Shown here piece by piece: positions 53,524-63,548 of a stretch of 63,548 bases of DNA. Where the stretch lies: NCBI GenBank assembly GCA_002269645.1, contig NIVC01000654.1, positions 1 through 63,548 on the forward strand, read 5' to 3'. A program made the position numbers and the translations under genes. The notes beneath the pieces are model-generated. The model was not told the DNA's origin. It was given only the letters and a program-made list of their open reading frames with translations, and did not search any database. Source of the DNA: Macrostomum lignano (Eukaryota). The first letter of the stretch is position 1. Each line of letters starts with the position of its first letter.

Positions 53524-56500
53524 CTGGTTCAATAGAAGATTCTTTGTCATTTCAACTAGGCGCATTGGCGACGGTTTTGGGCGTTGAAATCTTGCATCAA
53601 TTTCGCACTCAGTTGATGGCCAATCAGCCGAGCAGACGGCAAGAAGTTGTGGTTGAAATTTCTCCAGTCTGTACTCAGCGCATTCGTCAAGTTCGCGCTT
53701 ACAACTTGTGCAGTCTATGAGAAACGGATTATGGGGCTTAAAATATTGAATTCGCTTTTACATGTAGTGTTTCATGATCTTCTACTGTCCTATTGTGCAG
53801 TCGTTCATTAATGACGTCTACTGTCCTATTGTGCAGTCGTTCATTAATGACGTCTACTGTCCTATTGTGCAGTCGTTCATTAATGACGTCTACTGTCCTA
53901 TTGTGCAGTCGTTCATTAATGACGTCTACTGTCCTATTGTGCAGTCGTTCATTAATGACGACAATATTGTGAATTTACATGAACTTGACCAACGCGGGTG
54001 CATGAGGGGGGCCGTAGCCCAGCGGTCTAGCGCAGGCTCTGGTGTGCCAGCGACCCAGGCTAGATTCCAAGTGCAGTCACATTAATTTGGGGCTGAATTG
54101 GAATTTTGGCTTGGCTCGCTTGTGCAATTAACGGCCTTGAGAGCCAACCCCCCAAGGCGCAGTGAAGTGTACATGCCTAACGATAAAATAAAGTTAGGGC
54201 CGCTGTACACTCCTGTGTGAGTGTGTGCCTGCGTACGTATCCGCGCGCTTGTATGCCTGCTCAGGGGAGTCGACGGAATGGGCAGTAATGCCTCTCGCCG
54301 GTTGTGTGCCTATGTCGCTTAAAGTGCGCCAGGGTGCACACAACCCCCCTGCCGCTAAAAAAATGCGGGTGCATGCAAAATTGTACAATTAAAATTCTCT
54401 TACACTGAGTTCCCTTAGCCCGTCCGTCAAATTTGGTAACAAACCGCTCGGGCACGAACACTTTGCACCGTTCGGGAGTCAGAAGTTCCAATAAGTCTTT
54501 AATCTCCTCCGCCGAGTATTTCGTTAGCTGGCGACGAGCCGTCAGCACGTGTTGCAGCGGATACCGTCGCAGCCTGAAGCACAGCTCGTCGATGTCAGAG
54601 CGCCTCCATTGTTGATTCGCGTTTACATGTAGTTCGCACTCGTTAAGCCAATCTTGCACCTCATCAAAAAGCCACTTTTGCGTCCCAACTGATCGGAGCA
54701 TGGCCAGGTAGCGAAAGACGGCAGTGATGATCTAAAGGTGCACAACGGGAATCAAGATGTCACAATCAGAGCATCCATAATTAAGGAGTAAACTGCTGCA
54801 CCCTATAGACCACAAATGAGCCACAGGGTACGAAGAAATTTATTATCCATAACAGCTTTAAGCCTTTTATTTAAGAAAAAGTTAAATTTCCTTCCTACAT
54901 GTACCATCCAGGACAATTTTAGAAACTTGTGAGCTGCATGCAAAGTAATATTTTCAAAACTCGTGACCGGAAACTTTTGCCCTGACTTGTCACGAACGCT
55001 GGGGATTTCAGTATCGGGATTCGGGATAAGTCGGAACTTGGAATTGCGTCCAGATTTCCTGAAATCAGTATTCTGGCTGGGATCCGTTCGAGACATGCCT
55101 ACTATACTACTATACTAGCCTCCGTTCGCTACTTGATGCTTGATGGTTTCTCGAAAAAAGGTTGGAAATAGCTTTAAGAAGCTCAGTTTTGTCGGCAATC
55201 TTATTTCTTAATCTAAAAGTGAGCTTCCAGCACTTGTTATCGAGAGGTGTTAATTTTGCTCAATACCGATGAGCTCCTATTAAAGAAATTTACTCGTAAC
55301 ATTACCATGTCCTCACAACGCGGATTCAATTTTCTGTTGCAGTGCACAAAAATGTAAAATGTGTCGTAGCCAGTGGCGGGATCAGAATCCGAGGCAGTAA
55401 CGGCCGCGCTATTAGTCTTCAGAAAAGCATTGAGACCGTACGGTTTGTCGCAAGCTAGCAGGAACTGCAGGTACAGGTCCGGCGACGAGGCGAATTTTGT
55501 CGACTGATCCGGCAGCGGAAAGGCAATGTAGATGCCATTAAAAGATGCATTTAGGGCGCGAATCTGCGAGCGGTATACGGGTTACTTTGTTCGTTTTATA
55601 TTGCAGCCACTGGGCCGCGAAAAATTACAAATAGAGGATGAATATTGTGCTATTCAAATAAATTGCTTCCATGGCTTAGAATAGATAACTATTACAAAAA
55701 GGATGAAAATACCTTGACTGCCGTTTCCGTGCCGTCGTAGGGATGACCGACATTCTCATTCACGATTGGTGAAGAAACGGGCAAGTTTTCTTGCATGCTC
55801 GAAAAAGCAACCTCGATGAGGCTCTGAAATCATCGAAAATTTTAAAACATTTTTGTCCTTTTCTTGTTCTAACAGATACAGTGTGTTCTGTATTCTGACT
55901 TCGATTGCATTATTAAAGATAGTTTGATGGCTTTTTGATGTTAACGAGTTAACTAGAGATTTTAGATGCTGAGATGTTAACAAGCTCTACGAAACAGTTG
56001 GACTTACCTGCAGTTCGTCTAGAGGACGGGGATCCGCCACAGCTATGCGAAAGTCGCTAACGCGGTAGTGCTGCGAATGAAACTCAATTAGGCGGGTGCG
56101 CAACTCGGCCGCGCTGAAAGCGGCAACGGTGGCTGATGGATCGCAGACTGCATGCCGATTGCACGGATGCTGCGGGTTGGAGGTGCGGCTCTCCAGCAGG
56201 TGCAGGGGTGACCGGGCGAAGGAGAGTTTGCGGCTTTCCCTGTCGAGCGATAGCCGCATCAGTCGATTAATGTTTGCCTCCGAAAAGTCCGGTCGCTCGA
56301 GGCTATTGGCAAGCAACTTCGTAACATGATGCAGTTGTTGAAAGGACTTATTTATTATACAAAACATGCTCACGTCTGTTTTTGTCCTGAAGGGTTAAGC
56401 ATCGTGAAGTTTAGAGCTAGTATAAGAACAATGTACGCTCGTATTGACGCAAAACTTTTACTGCATGCATACGCTCGTACCCTATTTCATTTTTGTGAGG

Positions 56501-57075
56501 TGCTTTTTGTCTAAAAATGTCTTCACTTCGTGTTAACAGAAATGGGTAAATATGCAGGATAAAATGTTTCTTATTTTCACTATGTGCATCACTTGCAAAA
56601 TCGTGTCCTCAAAGGTTTCTCATGGATTTCTATTGCTACATTGAGGAGTGTTAAACTACAAGTTTGAATTTTACAAGACTCAGTTTGATCAAAGAAGTTA
56701 TTACTGAGACATGATGTCCTCCAAAGGCGAGGCTCTTTCCGATGCTTCCGTAAGTTCCCAGTAATCATGACTGGTTTGCGGTTGTTGATTATCTAATTCC
56801 AAGCTTTGTTGAGCAGCAATAATTTCGTTACAGAGCTGAGACAGGCCGAGACAGTCAGGCGGGTCGTGCCTTTGGCCGGCACCCATGCTGACGCAGAGAA
56901 ATGACTCCATCGTCCAGTTGCGCTCCGAATCTGTCTGGCAATCGTCGACGTTGTGCCGAATCAGCAGCGCCTGAACGCCGTTGTGCAGCTCGATACCGCG
57001 GCATTCCAAGAAGTTGGACCAAAAACTGCGCGGTGACTCGATGTTATCAAAGCGTTGCTTAATCCTCGACGACAT
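53524..57075 (-). CDS. Gene A: IDE-like (peptidase M16A) pseudo-peptidase, N-terminal half (domains 1-2); ends at an unpaired phase-0 donor
   Basis: Exons (minus): 57075-56705, 56386-56008, 55823-55713, 55563-55306, 54731-54404, 53714-53524. Phases 2,0,0,0,1,0 chain without a stop (546 codons). Blocks: MSSRIKQRFDNIESP, CRGIELHNGVQALLI, HDPPDCLGL, NPQHP, LIEFHSQHY..PLDEL, GHPYDG, IAFPLPDQ, GTQKWLFDE, RYPLQHVLTA, LTPERCKVFV, AEYRLEKF..CSADWP..FQRPKP. Intron positions match gene Z. HXXEH is replaced by QLCNE (56824-56838). Confidence 0.82.
53781..53960. repeat. Perfect minisatellite, 5 x 36 bp
   Basis: TCTACTGTCCTATTGTGCAGTCGTTCATTAATGACG repeated five times without mismatch; lies in intron 5 of gene A. 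Confidence 0.97.
54008..54080 (+). mobile_element. tRNA-like head (SINE remnant or tRNA pseudogene) in intron 5 of gene A
   Basis: GGGGCCG-TAGCCCAGCGG (A box, 54015-54025) ... GGCTAGATTCC (degenerate B box, 54058-54068). The acceptor stem does not pair well, so it is not called a functional tRNA. Confidence 0.55.
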
Positions 57076-57822
57076 TTTAGAACAGTCTGACTGAGAAAAA
57101 CTTGCAGTCGACCTTTAGCTTTACGTCGAAATATAATTTAAATAGGCGTATTGTAGATTAAGACAATCTTATGCTCGTAAAGCGTAAATTTATGCCAAAT
57201 AAATTGAAATTCCACTTTGATGTCCATGATAAAAGTTTAAAGGACTTTTTAGTCTCTGGCCATTCTTGTATTGAGATTTAGAGTAATAAATAGCGCCAAA
57301 TTAACGCTGAGTCGCGAGTGTCTTAGTTTAACTAGACTAGATGCGTTGCAGTAGCTAATTTCTATTTGAAAAACTGCTCCAATGCACTTCATCGTTTCGG
57401 TTGTCATCCCCAAGTACGTAAACGCTTCGTACAATGCACAAGTTCTCCGTATGGTATCCCTGAGACATATTGAATGTTCTTAACTGCGTGATCTCCATCT
57501 CTCATCTCTCCCGGCAGTTGACTATCTGTCGGATAGTACTCGTACATGTAGATCTGTAGATAATGCATTTTTCAGATTTATCACAACTGATGGCCATACA
57601 TTATATTGTATTAGTTTTTTTATTGAAAACAAAAAACAAATGACGTCGCTTCGTACTCGTAAAATGAAATAATTGTCACTATTCTTATAAGCTCGTATAA
57701 GTTAAAAACTGATCGAATTACTTAATGAAAAAAGGCTCGAGTTTATGTTTCGTAATCGTATTTTATTTGATTCAGTAGTACAGCAAGCATACATGAGCGT
57801 TATGTCTAGTTTCAAACTACAG

Positions 57823-59750
57823 TCAATTAAGTGATCGTATTGGATATGCTTCCAGACTACTTTTTAACGTCTCCAAGTCGGAAATGATTGTGCCCTACAA
57901 ATGATTTTAGAAATCACGATTATGAGTTATTTAAAAGCAAAGTCTAGGAAACAAATTTTGAAACTATGGTATATTCAAATTTAAAATAACAAATTACATG
58001 CGTGAAGGTATAACTAGGTTTGTAAAGATTTTTCAACACTTACGGATGTTCCAGATTCATCAATCGCTAGTTTTGAATAGTTCTGTAGCTCGAAAACAGT
58101 TCGATCTGGCGATCCGAAACAGAACCATTTCTGCGGGGAGAAGATAAAGAAATTGAAAGGCTATGGAAATAAACAATTAAGCAACCCCGGTGATCATCCT
58201 TGACGTGACCTTTTAAGGAGATACAAATGTACCAAGCACAAAACCAGCTAACACAAAGTGCGCCCTGTTTAAGTAGAATATAACTAACAACAGGTGTTCG
58301 TGCATGACTCAGCTCAAGATCCATGACACTAATAAGATTGATAGAAGTCCGATCGGTAATCGACTCAGCGACCTAATCAACCAAAAATATACCTTCCAGT
58401 AGTTCAACAGGTCCTCCTTTCCGATGCTGTCCACAATGGCGCGCAGACAGTCCATCGCTCGCGGGTCATCCCAGGTGAATTCGAAGTTGCTGGACATGAT
58501 ACGAGTCCAGTACATGTACATTGAGTACTGCTGCTCAATGCTTTTAGGGACTGTCAATGCTTGCATTGCTTGAAGAGCTTTCTGCTTGTAGGTCTCTAAA
58601 GACTCCGAAGACATTGCAGTCAAGTGATTTTCGATCTCAGCAATAAAAGACTCGATTTGCTTCTCCATCTGAGAGAAAGTAGCAGGGAAATAATGTAAAA
58701 ATATTATTCGACAATTTTAATCTCAAAAATGAATATCATTGCGCAAAGAGACTGGTTACTTCCAAATGACACGTATAAATTAGTATCGCGCATCAAATAT
58801 CACTCAGTAAGGTTTTCGTTTGTCCAACCTTTGCAGGTGAATTGTCGTGGCTCATTTCAACCAGGAAACAATTGCCACTGTAACCTCGCGATACGGCTCG
58901 GAAGACTTTGCATATTTCCACTCCATTAGAAACTTCCAATATATACTGTAGCAGATAGCTGTGACAGGCTCGGTTGCAGAACTCTTCTCCCAGTTTCTTC
59001 ATAGCATTCGTCATCGCCACGGAGGCTCGTCCATCGCCACAGGAATCTGAATGACGAAGCCGCAAGTAGAGGCAGCATGTCGTTGGCGATGAGCTCTGTG
59101 TGATTCTTGGTCCTGGCACCGCTGGATGGTGCTGTGGCTTCCCTTGCAAAGGTGGCGCTCTGGGCGACGGAATCTAGAAAAATCGGACTCTAATTCTGTT
59201 GCTGTCTCAGCTGACAAAGCTGGAATCACTGACAGAACGGATTGAGCAGACGTGATAGCATCATCATGAGCACCAGAATATCAGCGAATAAAATCCAAGG
59301 TGATGCCTCTTCCGTCTGCGGCTGGGACTCGACTTTAGACGAGTTGAGAAAAACATCTACGATGGACTGCAGATCACTCATAGTAACGCCTGTTGAAAAG
59401 GGGCCAATGCTGAATACTTGAACTGTGCCACAAAATTTGCATCACGACCTAGGTACATCCAAAGTAAGACTCACAGTTGTTTCGCTCACGTTCACTTCAT
59501 CAAACTGATCCCGTAAAATACGTCGTATCCCCTTTAAAGTCAAGAGAGGATTTTGGTCCAAAGCTGTCCACATGCTCCAATGTCACCTTCCATGAATGAT
59601 CATCACCAAATTGCAGTCGTTCTTTTCGGCCCGTAATTTTGTATCTCTTCCAATTGTCGCATCGGTCATTGCCTTGATACTCACCCAATGCGAAATGCTT
59701 CCGTTTTTATCGCCTCTATCGAATAAACAAACTGAGAGGAACGGCCTAAG
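57823..59750 (-). pseudogene. Segment B: orphan, damaged C-terminal half (domains 3-4) of an IDE-like gene
   Basis: Exons (minus): ~59750-59475 (degraded, frameshifted), 59389-58829 (about 13-nt deletion near 59272 removing the FGNA seen in C; 1-nt deletion near 59021), 58668-58393, 58130-58044, 57894-57823 (TGA). The exon equivalent to C 62326-62195 is absent. Only ~660 bp separate it from the stop codon of C, so there is no room for its own N-terminal half. The 5' boundary is approximate. Confidence 0.72.
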
Positions 59751-60413
59751 ACAGTGTAGTTTGTGGGCTAAAATGCGTGCCTGATGAATTCATTGGCTTG
59801 ACGATTTGAAACAGTTTTTACCATAGACAATAGACATAAAGGATACGAATTTGTGCACTCTTTCCATATAGAATTACCTAAAAACTATATAAATAAGAAC
59901 ATTGTCTCATTGTGTCATGCTGTACGCTCATTATTCCACGCTTAGGAATCATTATTTTAGGGTTCTAAAAATACATTCATGAGACAATGTGTTTGTCATA
60001 TATCAAATCATTAATATATTTTTAGTAGCCCTACGCAATGCTTTCGAAGCGTTGAGCGTACAATGCGTACAATGGACAATGCTATCGCCAGCTGTGATCC
60101 GCAGTATGGTTGACCCTAAGGCCAATCAATTCCAAGCTGCACTCTTCCAACTGACTGCATTCCAAGTCAGCTTTTTAAAGCTCAATTCTTTCTGGTTAAA
60201 AGACAATCAAGTAGAGAATTTCAAACCAATTATACTGGCTACAGAACTTGGTTTGACACAGGCTCGACAGATTTCAATAAACAAACACTATTTTGTGGTC
60301 GGTCAGGTCAGAGGTGCAGAACTTAAAGCTGTATATTACCTCGTTATATTTTTGCAAACACAAAATGTATACAGCGATCACAATCTTGACAAGGAAGTCT
60401 TAGCTCAATGAGA

Positions 60414-63393
60414 TTAGGCGTCGTGCACAGTCTTGAGACAGCTTGGTATCGGTAGGGCAGCCGGCTCAAGAGAGTTCTTGAACTTCTCCAGATCCGCGAT
60501 GACTTTGCCCTGCAACATTTTTTGACGGATAGACGGCTAAAACGATAAATAAAAAGGCACGGTAAAAAATACTTACAGACGTTCCGGACTTGTCGATGTC
60601 CATTCGGCAATAGTTTTGGAGACAGAGCATGGAGCGGTCTTTAGATTCCGAACAAAACCATTTCTATAGATTTAGGGGCGTTAGGTTGGGGATGATTATT
60701 GACGTCTTACTGATAAAAGGGTTTGCACGTCTTGGAGTGCAGTAGCAACTAAATCACTCATTTATTTATTGATCAGGGATTTACCGACAGTTGGCTGTCA
60801 CAAAATTGAATTGAATTTATATGTAAAGCCAGACGTTTACCTTCCAGTAGTTCAACAGGTCCTCCTTTTTTATACTGTCCACAATAGCGCGCAGACAGTC
60901 CATCGCTCGCGGGTCATCCCAACTGAATTCGAAATTTCTGGACATGATGCGAGTCCAGTACATTGAGTGATGCTGCTCAATGCTTTTAGGGACTGTCAAT
61001 GCTTGCATTGATTGAAGAGCTTTCTGCTTGTAGGTCTCTAAAGACTCCGAAGACATGGCAGTCAGGTGATTGCCGATCTTAGCAATAAAGGGCTCGATCT
61101 CTTTTTCCATCTAAAATAAGAATTTTTCATTCTGGGGCTTCAAATCAGCACGATTTTTATAATAGTAATTCCTGCCCTCAAATCCCTTCATACGGCTCGT
61201 TTCGCTGCGTAAGGACTGGGGGATCGCTACACACACCATCAATTACCCCAGCTAATGCTGTTGCCCATTTTGCAGCTGGTTTAACTGAAGCAACGATGCA
61301 GAGTTAAGTGTCTTGCTCAAGGACATAAAGGTTATTTCGCGTGGGTCCGCATCTTTCAGTGCTGAGTGTGACGCTCTAACCACTAGGCTACGACCCTAAG
61401 ACTTAAGACAAGACTTAAGTTTACTTATAATAGGCTATAATTCTGAGTTCACAAGGAATTATCACCATGGCAGGAAAACCTAACTACTGGGGAAAATGGC
61501 AAACTTGGCAAAAAATGCTTGAAACTTACCTTAGCAGGTGACTGCTCGATGATCTTCTGAAATATGACACAGTTCGCGCCGTAACCAAGCGATATTTTAC
61601 TTTCAATCCTGTCAGAAGGCGTAGCAACAGCAGCTGCTAGCATCATCTGTAGCAGACAATCGTGACTTGCTCGCGTGAAAAACTCTTCCCCTAGCGCTTT
61701 CGTTGCGGCACTCATCGATATTGGAGGCTTTGCTTTTGCTAATGGAATTTGAATGAGAATGGCGCAGACGCAGGAGGTGCTGCTGTAGCAGTCGCTCTGA
61801 CTGACAGCCACGCATTTTTCAGCGCCTCCAAGTTGCACTGTACTGTAACTGCCTTTGCTAAGAAGGTGCTCAGGGCGACGCTGCTGGTCTTTAGGATTCG
61901 ATGTCATCTTTGCTGTTGACGAGAGCGACGGCAGGGCAGTCAGGATCGATTGAGCAGCTTTGACTGCATCGTCCGCGGTAGCGTTGCCAAACACCAGGAT
62001 GTCAGCAAACAGACCCGGTGCAGATTTCGCACCGGTCTTGGGCTTTTGCTCGGCTGTTTTTGTACTGTTTTGGCGGCTTCGCAAAAGTAACTGGCAACGG
62101 ACATTAAATCCTTGATTGGTACGCCTAGAGTGTCGCAAAATTGGATAGTGCAAGCAGATATGCCTTTTGACGAAACAACAGTATAACTGCTCACCATTGA
62201 GACTGCTCCATCCAGTTTCTGCTGCATATGCGAGTAGCCAGCCAAGTTCAACTGGCACGCGAGCTGGTCGACTTCTTCATCTTTGCTCGCCGATTCATCT
62301 GCAAGGTGCAAAACCTTTGAGCCGACCTGAAATTAGTATTGGTAGGCAAAGTATGTAATTAAAGTAAAATTTGACAAGTCTTTAAAGGATATGAATAACG
62401 CCACAGCAGACCTTGTGAACGCTTTCTTTGGTGATCTTCAGATCGGCAATCTGATGCAGAGCAGTCGTTATTAACTTGAGCAGCGGTTCGTTGTATCCGG
62501 AAAAGCACAGCTGGATACCGTTGCTGCTACGGGAGATGCTCAACTCCATACAGACTTCGGCAGCTTGCTTCTTGAGCTTGTGCAACGCTTTAGAAAATAG
62601 TTGAACCAAAATTTCCAAGATAATTTGATTCTTTGGACTGCATTCAATTGGAGGAATTAGGTCGATTGAAATGTAGGCCAAATCGGACTGAAACCTGTCG
62701 TCCTGTCTGAACCAGAGTCGGGAGTTTGACGAAACCGAGTTCGGCATTGGTGGTATGCGAAGCTGCCTAGGCCCCGGAAGCTGAGGGAAAATGCGGATAA
62801 GCAGCAGGTGTTCAAATAAAGAAATTGTGACGCACGCCTGTTGGGATCAATTAAGAGCTGACACAACTTCGTGAAAATGCGATTTTATCTTTTTTGTCCT
62901 CAGATGAGGTCCAGTTGTACGAGTATTACATGGTTAAACAAACTTGGTAATAATTACTGAAAAAAGTAACTTTTCATAGCTTTTGTTTACTATCGACAGC
63001 AAATTATTGCAATCCTGATTAAGATGTTAGTATGAAGTTTTATTAGAAGATTATAAAAGAAGTAGCAAAAGCACGCGATTTTAGCTTTTATTAATCGAAG
63101 ATTGACTGATAAACAGCTTTAAATCAAAAGTACAATTAAAGTTTTCGTTCAACCTTGTAATTTGACTACATATCAAATCAAAGTTCTTACCTGAGCTTTG
63201 CTAACTCTCGGTCTTAAACTAATATCCGAAGGCATAAATGGCTTTGAATGCGGCATCTTGAACTCTCTATCCAAATCGCAGTCTTGTTTCGGCCACGGAG
63301 CTGAACAGAGGTTCAAAAGAGCTGGTGACAGCTTTTCGGTGGAGTACTCAGCCTGCTGACCTTCCGGCACGCAGCAGAGCTTGCCACTGGGAG
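60414..63393 (-). CDS. Gene C: C-terminal half of an IDE-like (peptidase M16A) gene; 5' exons lie beyond the right window edge; two apparent frameshifts
   Basis: Exons (minus): 63393-63191, 62780-62412, 62326-62195, 62124-61530, 61110-60841, 60663-60577, 60536-60414 (TAA). Blocks: EFKMPHSKPFMP, SRLWFRQDDRF, FSGYNEPLL, DILVFGNAT, KSIEQHHSMYWTRIMS, KEDLLNYWK, KVIADLEKFKNSL, all collinear with the IDE C-half. A phase mismatch at 62195/62124 and a frame change near 62057-62071 mean it may be a pseudogene or carry assembly indels. Confidence 0.75.
61150..61396 (-). mobile_element. tRNA-derived CORE-type SINE in an intron of gene C
   Basis: Minus strand starts GGGTCGTAGCCTAGTGGTTAGAGCG (Pol III A box), then GTCCTTGAGCAAGACACTTAACTCTGCATCGTTGCTTCAGTTAAACCAGCTGCAAAATGGGCAA (~61262-61327). 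This follows the MIR/CORE pattern GACCTTGGGCAAGTnACTTAACC..GCCTCAGTTTCCTCATCTGTAAAATGGGGA as I recall it. No clear B box; the 3' boundary is approximate. Confidence 0.7.
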
Positions 63394-63548
63394 CTGCAAG
63401 GTCAAGATTAAGACGTCTTTAAATACTACTGTTTAAGCATTGACGTTAAGTCTTTCGGTAATTAGATGTGAGACTTAATGTTAATTAGTAGCTGGGAGCT
63501 TCGACACGGCTGGAAGTCAGACAAGCAGTCATACCCATTCCGCAGACC

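Noticed and set aside
54008-54080. Functional tRNA gene
   Set aside because: Degenerate B box and poor acceptor and anticodon stem pairing; kept only as a tRNA-derived remnant.
53774-54085. Plus-strand ORF with YCPIVQSFINDV repeats
   Set aside because: It is simply the 36-bp minisatellite read in frame, antisense within an intron.
55756-55983. 75-aa ORF MLTSQHLKSL... as an exon of gene A
   Set aside because: The true exon (55823-55713) is in another frame, matches paralogue Z (HP(Y/F)DG..VK) and keeps the phase; this ORF is mostly intron.
46553-63370. Remaining short plus-strand ORFs and intronic minus-strand ORFs (for example 46655, 47648, 48700, 49912, 51381, 56096, 59989, 57249-57434)
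   Set aside because: They are antisense shadows of exons or chance ORFs, with no recognisable homology or coherent splice model.

Overview
Eukaryotic (probably invertebrate animal) genomic DNA in two parts. (1) Positions 1-46303 are one head-to-tail tandem array, cut off by the left window edge, of roughly 250 monomers (estimated as 46.3 kb / ~182 bp, not counted). Each monomer has an almost invariant ~133-bp segment plus a ~51-54-bp segment in two forms (A, 186-187 bp; B, 184 bp). A and B alternate fairly cleanly near both ends (~371-bp dimer) and look column-by-column mixed in the middle. The ORFs called in the array are repeat artefacts. (2) Positions ~47.4-63.4 kb hold a minus-strand cluster of four intron-containing, highly diverged insulin-degrading-enzyme-like (peptidase M16A) segments, assembled by hand from GT-AG sites and by-eye alignment to remembered IDE motifs. 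Two are N-terminal halves with intact spliced frames (Z, >=748 codons; A, 546 codons) that have both lost the HXXEH zinc motif (RLCQR and QLCNE). Two are C-terminal halves (B, clearly damaged; C, two apparent frameshifts, 5' part outside the window). The introns carry a CORE-type SINE, a tRNA-like head, mini/microsatellites and CCCTAA-containing elements. The most interesting points are the apparently maintained pseudo-peptidases, their half-gene arrangement with two unpaired splice donors, and the possibility that the satellite lies inside an intron of gene Z. No database searches were run, so family calls rest on motif recognition. I found no CRISPR, rRNA or intact transposase.
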